DNA from: Lingula anatina
Taxonomy: Eukaryota > Animalia > Brachiopoda
Length of the DNA: 64,000 nt
Direction: 5' to 3'
Assembly: GCA_051362555.1 (NCBI GenBank)
Contig: JBPQGU010000016.1
Span: 186,001 to 250,000 of the forward strand
This document shows, in pieces, positions 31,959-40,510 of the stretch. Under the pieces are notes generated by a model, which was not told the origin of the DNA, searched no databases, and saw nothing but the letters and a program-made list of their open reading frames with translations. A program made the translations under genes and the position numbers. Within the stretch, counting starts at the first letter, position 1, and every line of letters begins with the position of its first letter.

Positions 31959-34900
31959 TGCAAATCTCAAATAAGTACAGATTTCAGCAAAAAATATAAA
32001 ATTTATAAATAACTAAATAAAAATCACACTCACTCTCTCACTCACTCACAAAGAGACACTCAGTCATTTGCAATATATATATATATAGTTACTGTGTCAT
32101 TTAATATATATGTCAACAACGATATATTGATAACCTAATAGTAAAATACTTAATAATACTTAATAAATAATATGATCTAATACAGATTAAAACAAATATG
32201 TGTTTTATTATCAAATATCGGCAGGGGAACATACGCAGATAGAAGATATCATTCCAGGAAGAGAGGCTGCAGCTTTTTCCATTTTTCATTAAATTTATCT
32301 ATTGTCATGTTTCTCAGACTTATATTTCTCTCTGCGATGTAGGCCTGTCTCCATTCTATTTTAATATTTTCTATGTTCGGGGTAATGTTTTTCATTTTAA
32401 ATTTATATATAATAAATTTTGTTATGATCAGCAAACTGTTGAGCGCATTGCATTTCAAATTTGGAATTCCTAGAATTATATCAGATGCTGTTAATTGTAA
32501 TACAAGTCCAGCCTTTAAATGGATCCAGTCTTGTATTTTTGCCCAAAGGGGAGCAATTACTTTGCACTCAATAAATAAGTGTTGAAGAGTTTCAGGGTGT
32601 TCGTTACAGAAGGAGCAGGTCTCTGTGTCTTTTATCCCAATTTTTCGTAAAAAATTATTTGTAGCTAAAATTCTTTTTGATACTCTAAATTGAAACCAGC
32701 GCAGTTTAGTATCTAAAGTACATTGGAAAGGAATGTTATTCAAGATTTTCCACTCTTCAGCTGTGAGAGGTTCTTTAGAAAGGAGTTCCCATTTTGACAT
32801 TGCATTAGTCTTTTTCATTTCGTTTGAGTTCAAAATATTGTAAAAAGGTTTCCCCCCTTTTGTAAATTTTAATAGCCATTTAAGTTGGGTTGAAATTATA
32901 GGGAGCTCAATTTTTTCATGTAAATTGTCTATATTCATTTGTTTTTGAAATTTTTTTACTGCGCATAGTATACTTGTGAACGTAACATAATTTATTATAT
33001 TCCCGTGCCTTTCCTTGAACTGTTGGTATGTGAGGTAATTTCCCTCTGTATCGATCAAGTCATTTATGTTTCTTATACCTATTTTATTACAGGTTCTTAT
33101 AAGAATAGGATTGTTTTTTATCCGTATTTTATCATTTAGCCATAAACATTCTTTTAAAAAATTTTCTTTTGTATCAATCTTTTTATTCTTTAACAGTCTG
33201 CACCATGCATCAATGACTTGATTCCAAAAAGCATTTTTTGATCCGTTCTTAATTTTTTGCATTTCAGACATTCCCATTTCAGACCAGTGTACACCCTTAC
33301 TTTCAGGGATCAGACTAAGGAAAAAGAAAGACCATTTTGAATTTTTGTGCATGATTCTCCTGAGCCATGAAATTTTTAGGGAATCAATATAGTTTCTAAT
33401 GTCGGGGACTTTTATACCTCCATTTGAGTACGACTGTGTCATTATGTCTCGTTTTACTCTTTCAATATTTCCATTCCATATGAAATTAAAGCACATTTTT
33501 TGTATTTTGTCTACATATTTGTTTGGTATTGGCAATGTGGAAAATAAATGAGTCATTTTTGGAAGGATCAGTGATTTAAAAATTACATTTCTCCCCAAAA
33601 CTGTTAGCGATCGGTGAGTCCATTGTTTCATAGTTCTTTCCATATCTTCGAGTTTCTCTCTATAATTTTTCTCAATCATTTCATGTAAATTTACTGAGAA
33701 ATCTATTCCAAGGATTCTGAAAAAACGTTCATTCCAATCGAGATTCAACTCTTTACACATGCTCTCTTGTGAGTCTTTCTTGCTTCCGAACCAGTTTAAT
33801 TTAGTTTTTTGATTGTTCATTTGTAGTCCAGAAAATTGGGAGAATTCATTTAGAACCTTTAGGGTATTTCTTAAACTTTTTTCAGTCCCATCCAACACAA
33901 TAGTTGTGTCATCAGCATACTGGGAGATGAGAAAAGTTTGATTATGTATTGTAATGCCTTTTATGTCTATTTCATTTTTTAACATGATACTTAGTATCTC
34001 AGCACAAAGAATGAAAAGGTAAGGGGAGATGGGATCCCCCTGACGGCAACCCCGAGAAAGATTGAAGAAAGAAGAGGCAAAACCATTAACCAAGACACAC
34101 GAAGAGGAGTCTTTAAGGAAGAGTTTTATCCATTTTATGATAGAATCTCCAAAGCCAAAGAATTCAAAGGTTTTTTCGATAAAACCCCAGTCGATTGAAT
34201 CGAAAGCCTTAGCAAAATCGATTTGCATCAACAGACCTGGTATTTCATGTGCGTCACAGTATTCAATTAAGTCGAAAATGGTCCGTGTATTCTCACCTAT
34301 GTATCTGCCCGCCATAAACCCATTTTGGTCTTCATTTATTAATATTGGTAATACTTTCTTTATTCGATTCGTTATACATGCCGAGGCGAGTTTATACACA
34401 ACATTAAGTAATGATATCGGTCTTAGGTTTTTTAACGAGTTGGTAGGCTTATTATGTTTAGGTAGAAGGACGATTATACCCCGGGTAAGAGTTATAGGTA
34501 GTTTGTCTTTTTCGTATGCCTCGTTTATACATCTTATTAAAAAACTATTCAGTTCTTTCCAAAAGAATTTGAAAAATTCGTAAGTAAACCCGTCGGTACC
34601 TGGGCTCTTTTCATTTTTCGTTTGTCTTAATACTGTATAGAGTTCAGCGTAGTTTATCTTTCCTTCGAGCGAGGATGCTTCGGCTTCGGTCAATTTTGGA
34701 GTTTCAATATTTTCCAATCGAGTTTTTATGTCTACTGATTTGTGATTTTGTTTCTTAAATAAATTTTCGTAAAAGCGTGCGGTTTCTTTGAGAATCTCAT
34801 TTTGTTCAGTAAGAATATTTCCGTTATCTGTTACCAGTTTAGTTATTGACTTATTTGTAAAATTGCGATTTTCCAGTGCTAAAAAGTATTTTGATGGTTT

Positions 34901-37894
34901 TTCTCCGTATTCTATCCATCTTTCTTTTGATCTTATCATTATGCCTTTTACTTTTATTTTTCTTATATTTTCCAGTTTCATCTTTTCCTTATTTATCATT
35001 TCAAGAATTTCTTCTTTTTTGTCTAATTCGGCCTCATTTTTAAGATCATTCTCTAGGTCGTTTATAGTATTTTCCACTTGTTTTTCCTCTGACTCTCTTT
35101 TCTTTTTTATCCTAGCACCAAAAGCAATCGTTTTCCCCCTAATTTTCATTAAGAGAGTTTCAAGAAATAGCCCATCGCTTATAGTTAACTGTAAAGAATG
35201 TCTGTCAATATTCAGTATGTTATCTCTATTATAGGGCGCTGCTGCATACTCTAAGATAGTTTCATCGATTATCTGCTTTACCATATCGGCATACTCACTT
35301 TCATATAAGTGGGAGTTATTGAATTTCCAAAAACCTTTTCCGTGTTTAATTTTCCTTTTTAACTGTAAGTCCAGAGTTATAATGGAGTGGTCGCTCTTAT
35401 AACCTGGAATAATCTGACTATCTTCGATATAATTTGTAATGGTTGTGGAAACAATAAAATAATCTAACCTTGCCTGTTTAAAAGGCGTAGGCTGCCGCCA
35501 TGTATACTGTCTAACATCCTCATGCATTTCCCTCCATATGTCGTGCCAGTTATGTAATTCCATCAAGGTATAAAGTTGATTAGAGGCCTTGGGGTTATTT
35601 TTATGTTTATAGTTATATGTGTCCTTCTCTTGGTTTAATACTAAGTTAAAGTCCCCACAGATAATATGATCCTGATTTCCAAAATTCATTATTGTCTCGT
35701 GTATTTTTAAGAAAAATTCAGGTGAATCATTATTGGGACCATACAGATTTATGAGTGAAATGTCTTTTTCATCTACTATCATACTAAGAGCAATAAAGTT
35801 TCCGTTAGTGTCTTTCTCAACCTCCTTAATTTTATATTCAAAATTATTGTTAACCAATATTGCAACTCCTCTTGAATTAGAGGTTCCATGACTGAAAAAG
35901 CATTTAAAGCCCCATTCAGCTGCTATATATTTTTCCATAGATAATGTACTATGAGTATCTTGTAAACAGTAGATGGAAAAGGATTTCTTCCGCAAGAAAT
36001 TGAACACATCTAACCGCTTATTTCGGTCCCCAAGACCCCTACAATTTACTGAGCATATTTTAATATTTGATTTGATCTGTGTATATCTACCAGGTTTCTG
36101 CCGCATATGTATATACGACAGAAAATAAATTTACATCGCACAGTCATATTCTAAGTGTAGGTAAAACAATCGTACTGAGGTATCAAATCTAAGTGTTTCG
36201 TTGTTGCAAACTAATAGGGATAACTTAACTACATATATATCGGTTATACTATATAATGCGTTATCAAATTCACTTCCATCCACCCATGCATACAATAGAC
36301 CACTTGTACCCATTCTACCAGAATTGACATACACACCAAGACAAACTATCGAAAACACACACATACACAGGATAGTACTAATAACTAGTAATTAAAAAAA
36401 AATAATGATAATAATAATGATAATAATAATTTGATGCTAGAGCGGCTAGCTAACAGTTACCGCTCTGCTGTTTATAACTACTTTCAGTTTTACATTGATT
36501 TTTATTGTCCAAAATTTCAGTGTCCGTATAAAGTTCATTTTCAGGCTTATTGTTTTAATTTGGTGTCGATATCGTCGAATATGTCGAATGTATATCGGCG
36601 ACCGTCATTTCTTATGGCAAATATTCTGCCATTGAAGTACCAGGCTGAATGTACAGCTTCTTTACCTTTTAGAATTTTGATCAACTCAGCATTTTTCTGA
36701 GTAATGTGATCGAACATTATAAAGTTACCTTTCAGTGCTTGTCTATGCTTGATAACTTTCGTTTTTTCCTCGGTGTTAACGAATTTGGCTATAACGGGTC
36801 TTGCGCCACCGCTGTTACCTGGTATTCTGTGGATTCCCAGAATTGAGGCGGGGCTTATGTCCACATTCACCTAAAGTGTATTAAAATTAACTGTATCTTG
36901 AGAGTGTAGATAGAAGTACATACATGTTTAGTACTACCATCTCTCCCTCTCAAGCATACAGTATTTCGAAATTGATTTTATAAGAATAAAACAAGGTGAC
37001 TAAATTCAATTAAAACACAATATTTCAGAAATTTTTCCTGATGGAAGCAGGTGACACCATGTATGATTTCTACAGAGAGATATTTGTGAAGGTAAACTTT
37101 GACAGAAGATCATATGAAGTTTACTTACAACAAAATACTTCCTTAAAGTTATTTAATCATATAAGCATTTCTTGAGAGAGGTTTTATGACAGTTCTGAAC
37201 AGTTGGTTAAGTGAAGTTTAAAAAATATTCATTTGTAAGTAAAGGCAAAATTGATTTAAAATATGATTTAAATAATTTGAAAATTGATTTAATTTCAGCT
37301 CCAACTTAAAGAACAGTGGCAGGACATGTCTTTCCTCAATGTGGCTCTCCATGACACCCTTCAGGCACACTTCCCACAGGAGGCTGACAAGTAGGTCATG
37401 ACTTGAGTCCACCAATCACATGCTTGATATATAGGTCATGTGATATTTATTGGCCTTCGATTGGTGATTCACCAATCATGAATTGTGAAGAGGTTTTAAG
37501 ATATTAATCAACCAAACAGTAAACTGCTTACTTACATTAGGTCATTAGAAACCATTGAGGACAGTGGTTTCTTTATTTTGCATAGATTGTATTTAGATAT
37601 TGTTATTATTCAGGTTATTTGTGAGTGTCCAGTCCACAGCTGAAAAGGGACGTGACCGTCACCCCATTCAGGCTCTGGAGGGACTGACTCTACATTACAA
37701 GGTAGGGAGCAGATAGATACAGAGGGGGGGTGGGGTGGGGGGGGGGGGCTGGAAGACTGACAGCCACAAGCATACACACACAACCATGCATGCAGAGGCT
37801 GAGGGGGAGGGTGCAGGAAGACGGGCAGGCAGCAGACAGACACAGAGAGAGAGAGAGAGAGAGAAAGAGAGGGTGCAGGAAGACAGACAGACAG

Positions 37895-37927
<33 letters not shown>

Positions 37928-40510
37928 CCCCATTTCCAGAGATTAGATCGATCTACTTTAGATTGACCTAACTCCCTGGGGGTTCACGCTAAATAGCTGT
38001 CAGACGAGCGGACACGAAAGTTTATTACCCCCTTACAGCTTGTAGTAGGCGGGACGGACATTTAAGCCGGATTATCTGACAGTAATCTAGTGAGACTCCC
38101 CGCGGGGATAGATTGATCTAAAGCTCTGGGTATACAGCCATAGAGAGAGAAAGATAGGGGTAGGGGACAGAAAGACGCAGACAGACATGCAGTCACTGTC
38201 AGACAGGACAACACTTGTTCCATGAGCAGCTTTAGAGTTGGGCTTTATCAATATTTTAAACAATTGGTGCCTTTGGTTTCAAGTGTGCTAGACTATATTT
38301 GTGAATGAAACTTGGTGATATGCCTCTTTTCATTATTGTCATTTTTTATTTTCTGTATTTTCTCTAATTAATATTCTAAAATTGATTTGGTACATGTCCC
38401 ATGTTCCAGGTACCATGGCCAGTGGATGTGGTTATTAACACAAAGTGCCAGGAGATCTACAACAAGATTTTTCAGTTTTTGCTGCAGATTAAGCGTGCCA
38501 AATTTTGCTTGGATCGTCTTAAATTTGATGGTAAGAATATTAATAGGTAATGTCACACAGAAGCTGTAGAAATTTCATGCCAACACACACTACTTGTACA
38601 TATTTGCATATGCATATTCGCACAAACACCAGAGAGAGAAAGAGAGAGAGAGAGGGCGTAATTATGTTAGATAATAAGAGATCCCCAAACATTCTTTCAG
38701 ATCTTGAAAAATCAGGTCTTTTAACAGAAAGCGAAGAAGAAGAAGAAGAGAAAGCAGAGAGGACCATACCATACAACTTGATCCACAGGGTGCAAATATT
38801 CAGGCTGCGACTGATGCATTTTGTGAACAGTTTACATCAGTACATTATGACTAGGGTTAGTTTTGTGAAAAGTATGGTAGTGGCTCAATCATTTCAACTG
38901 GGAGAAATTAACAAATTTTCAGATACATAATTTTGGAATCATTTCTTATACATTTCTTTGTAGCATTATGGTGCTTAAAATGTATAGAATAGAACTATCA
39001 CGGAGTCTGCTTTTCAACCGTGCTGCTACCACTCAATAAGAATGCTCTTATTTAAAGAATTTATTACTTAAAAAGGTTAGTATCTCTTAAATTAAAAAAA
39101 TTCCAGGTTGAAATGATTTAGCCATTTTTATTACATTGAATAGATCCATATTGTGAACAGTTTACATCTTTCTGGTTTCTATTTTTCGCTATAAATATAA
39201 TAATTCTTAATATTTAAGTTTGTCTTCATGTGTAGTGCCTACATTTTTATTCAAAACTTGTGACAGTGAATTAGATTCTTAGTAAGTATATTTCTTACAT
39301 TATTTAAACCTGTTCAAGAGTTGACTGCAGTATCATTTGAGAAAACCATAGCTACCTTAATAAAAAGGTAATAAGGTAATTAATTTAATTGTGTACAGCT
39401 TGATATTACTGAGAAGGTGAGGTCCTCCATGCTTCATGTTTAAAGTGCATTTGAATGCATTAAGCAAAGCTACATTCTCTGTCATCACTGAGTGGAGGTC
39501 AAGTTCCAACATGAGCATGCTTTGATTGCTTATTTATTTATTTATTTTAATAATTTTCGTCCTGTCTCCATCCTAGATTCTCCACAGTACTGGGCTTGAG
39601 TTTCAAAATGAGGTCCAGCTCGCCACGGATCTGGATCAGGTGATTTACATCCACAATAACTATGTCAGTAAGATCCATGAGCGATGTCTGCTTCACAAGC
39701 GAGTAGCCATGATCAAGGAAACGGTGACGCGGGTCTTGAATATTGCGGTTGGTTTCCAAGAGAAGTGGAATGCTGGGATTGATAACATCAGGTGATAAAA
39801 AAAATCGAGGCTCGCATTATTTGATAATTTTAAAATTACGGAGATACATTTTGTATCTAACAATTAAACTTTCACATTTTATCTGGTTTTATTAAGCTTT
39901 TTTAATGAATTTTAATAAAATTTGATGATTTTCTGTATATACCGGTATTACAGCTTTGTGTCTATTTATTATTATAATTATTATTATTATTATTATATTC
40001 TTGACATCCAACTTATGACATTTCAGTGAAAAGTATTTGAAACACGTTGAAGATGAATTCAAGAACTGTGTGAAGTTTTTAACATCTTTCCTAAATAATG
40101 TCATAAAGAGAGGCTCCTTCCCTCACTGTAAGTACTGATCGCATTTTATCAGGTTTTATTTAGCTTTTTTTTATGGAATTTCATAAAATTTATTGATTTT
40201 TAGCATTTGTAACAGCTTTGAATCTCTCTGTCACATTTTATTAGGTAACGCATGCATTAAATGGCCAGGTTCAAAACAAGTTGATGCTGCCTGCATTCCC
40301 TGATATCTATCTCAATAACAGAATCTGCATTTTTATGTGAATGGACAGCAAATACCATTTAGGGCTCTTTCTCTTATAATCTCCAATCATTTGCTGACAG
40401 TTTTTGATGTTGAAAATATGGTCATTAGAGTATTTTTTTTCTTGCGTTTTTCAGTGGAGTCTCTTGCATTTTCATTGTCAACATCACTGGAGCAGCAGCA
40501 GACAAGGTGA
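9200..40510 (+). CDS. TUBGCP5: Gamma-tubulin complex component 5; 22 coding exons, about 999 aa
   Basis: Exons 9200-9265, 10415-10521, 10839-10950, 11256-11352, 11674-11750, 12126-12367, 12871-12960, 28225-28321, 28456-28672, 29060-29256, 29693-29808, 30009-30289, 30724-30970, 31499(uncertain)-31661, 37029-37091, 37299-37390, 37614-37701, 38410-38530, 38701-38855, 39577-39791, 40027-40127, 40455-40510 (3000 nt). GCP5 motifs: FALSNFKYHRFL, VTETQAIRETLWLLSG, FFLMEAGDTMYDFY, YKVPWPVDVVI, HFVNSLHQYIMTRILHSTGLEF, RGSFPHLESLA. Confidence 0.95.
13670..16060 (-). repeat. End-less fragment of the Helentron/HINE-like family with an about 155-160 bp satellite array
   Basis: Homologous to about 17100-17700 and about 57050-58500. 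The unit marker GGCCTGGTC occurs at about 14572, 15120, 15282, 15438, 15986; a higher-order block CTGACAATCAAATCTGAGGAAAACCAC recurs at about 14222, 14901, 15777. Confidence 0.75.
16298..18644 (-). mobile_element. Non-autonomous Helentron/HINE-like rolling-circle element, copy A
   Basis: One end reads AACAAG + short hairpin GGCAGCAAAGCTGTC + subterminal TGTACAGACA. The other end has the palindrome TATGTACAGACACATCTGTGTCTGTACATA, a (CGACGG)n microsatellite and about 155-bp tandem units. The same ends occur at 56737-58749. Confidence 0.75.
16480..16697. mobile_element. PIF/Harbinger-like palindromic MITE nested in Helentron copy A
   Basis: Similar to the copies at 37926, 44100, 51008 and 56044; absent from the equivalent position of Helentron copy B. 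Confidence 0.6.
18663..19142 (-). repeat. 3' LTR
   Basis: Direct repeat of 26155-26634, preceded on the minus strand by the polypurine tract AGGGGGGGTAGAA (19143-19155). Confidence 0.95.
19318..23481 (-). CDS. pol: Gypsy Pol polyprotein (protease, RT, RNase H, integrase), probably reached by -1 frameshift
   Basis: LWDTGS protease, YLDDII RT, IDAS...ELHI RNase H region, HHCC and DDE integrase (IDFL, HSDQGRNF, GMCER). The frame stays open upstream of the TTG at 23445 through the TTTAAAC site. Confidence 0.95.
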   Translation of the reverse strand, partial: FKLVRSQQNKGQLLGKVNTSPIENIVGPANEFHIQVDEVPCIGLWDTGSMVSTVAISFVDKHMKHRDIMPMENLITIHGANGMILPYTGYIEADFSLFQNFSRISESPISMSAIFLVVPDTEYNMKVPVVIGTNIMNQVNDLKSPFKSNLVHSTKSVELHPNQSVIVHGFLRVAYGCKIPLLVESHNNLPGGLMLTPGLIEVNGSSKIPVEITNVSQKCVNIPAKCVVAQVSEISHISNQCVDNDACDSNEIEKMLAGSDLTVGEKEKVKKLMDEWSCVFSKSDTDLGHTTLVKHAIKLSNDEPFKERCRRVPPAVHEELKAHLKEMLACGAIRESHSPWSSNVVCVRKRDGKLRVCIDYRKLNSRTIKDAYALPRVDDILNNMAGSKWFSSLDLKSGYWQVEMEESDKEKTAFSVANVGLFECNRLPFGLTNAPATFQRLMERCFGDMTMRECCIYLDDIIVFSSTLDEHLDRLRKVFKRLNECGLKLKASKCQFFKRKVKYLGHIISENGICTDPEKINSLQNWPIPTTLKELRQFLGFAGYYRRFVKDYAKIAKPLTDLLKGKHDKNHNICFSKPHLSSFNTLKDILSSPPILAYADYNLPFELHIDASHSGLGAVLYQKQNGALRVIAYASRSLSQSERNYTTHKLEFLALKWSVTEKFHDYLYGQTFHVVTDNNPLTYILTTAKLDATGHRWLAELGNYNFSISYRSGLNNKDADGMSRIPHSNTIHSNVFHAVSDGVLGEPSFIDTLALSASVTEFSHEEGMCSQIDWKTVQESDRGISKVIAFLLNNNKPSLRQLKNESKEVRCLCYEWNHLTLRNGVLYRKRKVGEKYMYQLVLPKCKREYVLEMLHDHMGHFGRDRTLQLVRNRFFWPSMAKDVSEKISSCGRCVKRKTPVSVPAATLVNIHTTQPMELVCIDFLSLEPSKGRFDSILVMTDHFTRYALAVPTRNQTAKTTAKALFENLIVHYGFPARLHSDQGRNFESSIIKNLCEIANIEKSRTTPYHPMGNGMCERFNHTLLNMLGTLEEEEKKDWKSHLPFLVHAYNSTIHNSTGYSPFSLMFGREPRLPIDTLLDSDSHKKSQESYTQYMKDFKAKLFKAHQLAKENIQRAQKNQKDVYDLKVRNATLHPGDRVLVKTVAFKEGGKHKLADRWQDEVFVVLSQPNKEIPVYQVQREGGKQTKVLHRNLLLPISSSMSKSNSCVKPKKNKTRICQSKCVNKSDSDSEEENQLYVDIILPGKAESMSERDVEERIENDNEYERISQSVDTECTDDAYVEEKNDGISQIGETEYTGDVYVEEKNDRISLSGDNVCTGEQSSEKNDIEEKSLRRSKRTRRKPAWMTDAYIMELHASLSELSEKQGKILKDYIEIMVNVNTEDQSVFV
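23472..24440 (-). CDS. gag: Gypsy Gag (PNMA-like capsid with CCHC zinc knuckle), 322 aa
   Basis: FSG...YKQWKYEV, IRKSLKG, KQNPNESITLWACRLE, CYKCGKGGHIQRNC. Confidence 0.93.
   Translation of the reverse strand: MESSDSDHESEEPVYKSPGDIGVSGNVGTSRFGFSSSKTKRKIHFSHSTPKPHKSPSEVMIRTTAIPYLVKFSGGTQMGEASYKQWKYEVEALLKDESYDESMILQAIRKSLKGVACELLLSLGHEAGVTAVLDMMNKHFGDVLPAEDLYEKFFSAKQNPNESITLWACRLEKLLSSISDTENLQEPEVHNNMLRNKFYKGLSSAYVKNGLRHKFDNGDSFAKLLTAARVLEQEIVSKPVQSRAQTTVSSSKPVHCESQTASSVSTPQSDISDKMDELIKQITKMNERIEKLEMKQERRKREVKCYKCGKGGHIQRNCPSLN
26114..26152 (-). other. Primer-binding site complementary to tRNA-Pro, extended to 39 nt
   Basis: The plus strand reads TGCGAGAGGTCCCGGGTTCAACTCCCGGACGAGCCCCCA, the 3' half of eukaryotic tRNA-Pro including CCA; it lies 2 nt from the 5' LTR. 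Confidence 0.9.
26155..26634 (-). repeat. 5' LTR
   Basis: Direct repeat of 18663-19142, adjacent to the PBS. Confidence 0.95.
30995..31222. mobile_element. PIF/Harbinger-like MITE
   Basis: TIRs AGGCTCGCTCCCAGTGAAACTATC / GATAGTTTCATTGGAAATGAGCCC, flanked by TTA on both sides. Confidence 0.7.
32249..36106 (-). CDS. LINE ORF2: APE endonuclease, reverse transcriptase and C-terminal CCHC finger, 1285 aa
   Basis: SVNCRGL, LQDTH, GDFN, RLDY, SDH (APE); KSPGTDG, RPISLLN, DFAKAFD, GCRQGDPISP, QYADD (RT); CSFC...HLFIEC. Confidence 0.96.
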   Translation of the reverse strand: MRQKPGRYTQIKSNIKICSVNCRGLGDRNKRLDVFNFLRKKSFSIYCLQDTHSTLSMEKYIAAEWGFKCFFSHGTSNSRGVAILVNNNFEYKIKEVEKDTNGNFIALSMIVDEKDISLINLYGPNNDSPEFFLKIHETIMNFGNQDHIICGDFNLVLNQEKDTYNYKHKNNPKASNQLYTLMELHNWHDIWREMHEDVRQYTWRQPTPFKQARLDYFIVSTTITNYIEDSQIIPGYKSDHSIITLDLQLKRKIKHGKGFWKFNNSHLYESEYADMVKQIIDETILEYAAAPYNRDNILNIDRHSLQLTISDGLFLETLLMKIRGKTIAFGARIKKKRESEEKQVENTINDLENDLKNEAELDKKEEILEMINKEKMKLENIRKIKVKGIMIRSKERWIEYGEKPSKYFLALENRNFTNKSITKLVTDNGNILTEQNEILKETARFYENLFKKQNHKSVDIKTRLENIETPKLTEAEASSLEGKINYAELYTVLRQTKNEKSPGTDGFTYEFFKFFWKELNSFLIRCINEAYEKDKLPITLTRGIIVLLPKHNKPTNSLKNLRPISLLNVVYKLASACITNRIKKVLPILINEDQNGFMAGRYIGENTRTIFDLIEYCDAHEIPGLLMQIDFAKAFDSIDWGFIEKTFEFFGFGDSIIKWIKLFLKDSSSCVLVNGFASSFFNLSRGCRQGDPISPYLFILCAEILSIMLKNEIDIKGITIHNQTFLISQYADDTTIVLDGTEKSLRNTLKVLNEFSQFSGLQMNNQKTKLNWFGSKKDSQESMCKELNLDWNERFFRILGIDFSVNLHEMIEKNYREKLEDMERTMKQWTHRSLTVLGRNVIFKSLILPKMTHLFSTLPIPNKYVDKIQKMCFNFIWNGNIERVKRDIMTQSYSNGGIKVPDIRNYIDSLKISWLRRIMHKNSKWSFFFLSLIPESKGVHWSEMGMSEMQKIKNGSKNAFWNQVIDAWCRLLKNKKIDTKENFLKECLWLNDKIRIKNNPILIRTCNKIGIRNINDLIDTEGNYLTYQQFKERHGNIINYVTFTSILCAVKKFQKQMNIDNLHEKIELPIISTQLKWLLKFTKGGKPFYNILNSNEMKKTNAMSKWELLSKEPLTAEEWKILNNIPFQCTLDTKLRWFQFRVSKRILATNNFLRKIGIKDTETCSFCNEHPETLQHLFIECKVIAPLWAKIQDWIHLKAGLVLQLTASDIILGIPNLKCNALNSLLIITKFIIYKFKMKNITPNIENIKIEWRQAYIAERNISLRNMTIDKFNEKWKKLQPLFLE
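36547..36870 (-). CDS. LINE ORF1 C-terminal remnant
   Basis: IHRIPG...RPVIAKF...FDHIT...AWYFNGRIF is typical of L1/Tx1-type ORF1 C-termini; it is cut at the TSD. Confidence 0.75.
   Translation of the reverse strand: MNVDISPASILGIHRIPGNSGGARPVIAKFVNTEEKTKVIKHRQALKGNFIMFDHITQKNAELIKILKGKEAVHSAWYFNGRIFAIRNDGRRYTFDIFDDIDTKLKQ
37926..38139. mobile_element. PIF/Harbinger-like MITE
   Basis: GACCCCATTTCCAGAG...CTCTGGGTATACAGCC with 3-bp TSD ATA; a near-identical inverted copy lies at 51008-51222. Confidence 0.8.

Larger units (their letters stand above)
31914..36872 (-). mobile_element. L1/Tx1-clade non-LTR retrotransposon, 5'-truncated in ORF1, in TUBGCP5 intron 14
   Basis: Poly(A) tail (T run about 31914-31957); TSD AAAGTGTATTAAAATT (31900-31915 and 36873-36888); ORF1 remnant and full ORF2. 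Confidence 0.95.

Noticed and set aside
34062-35234. Plus-strand ORFs of 173 and 148 aa
   Set aside because: Antisense shadows of LINE ORF2; the same applies to plus-strand ORFs over Gypsy pol
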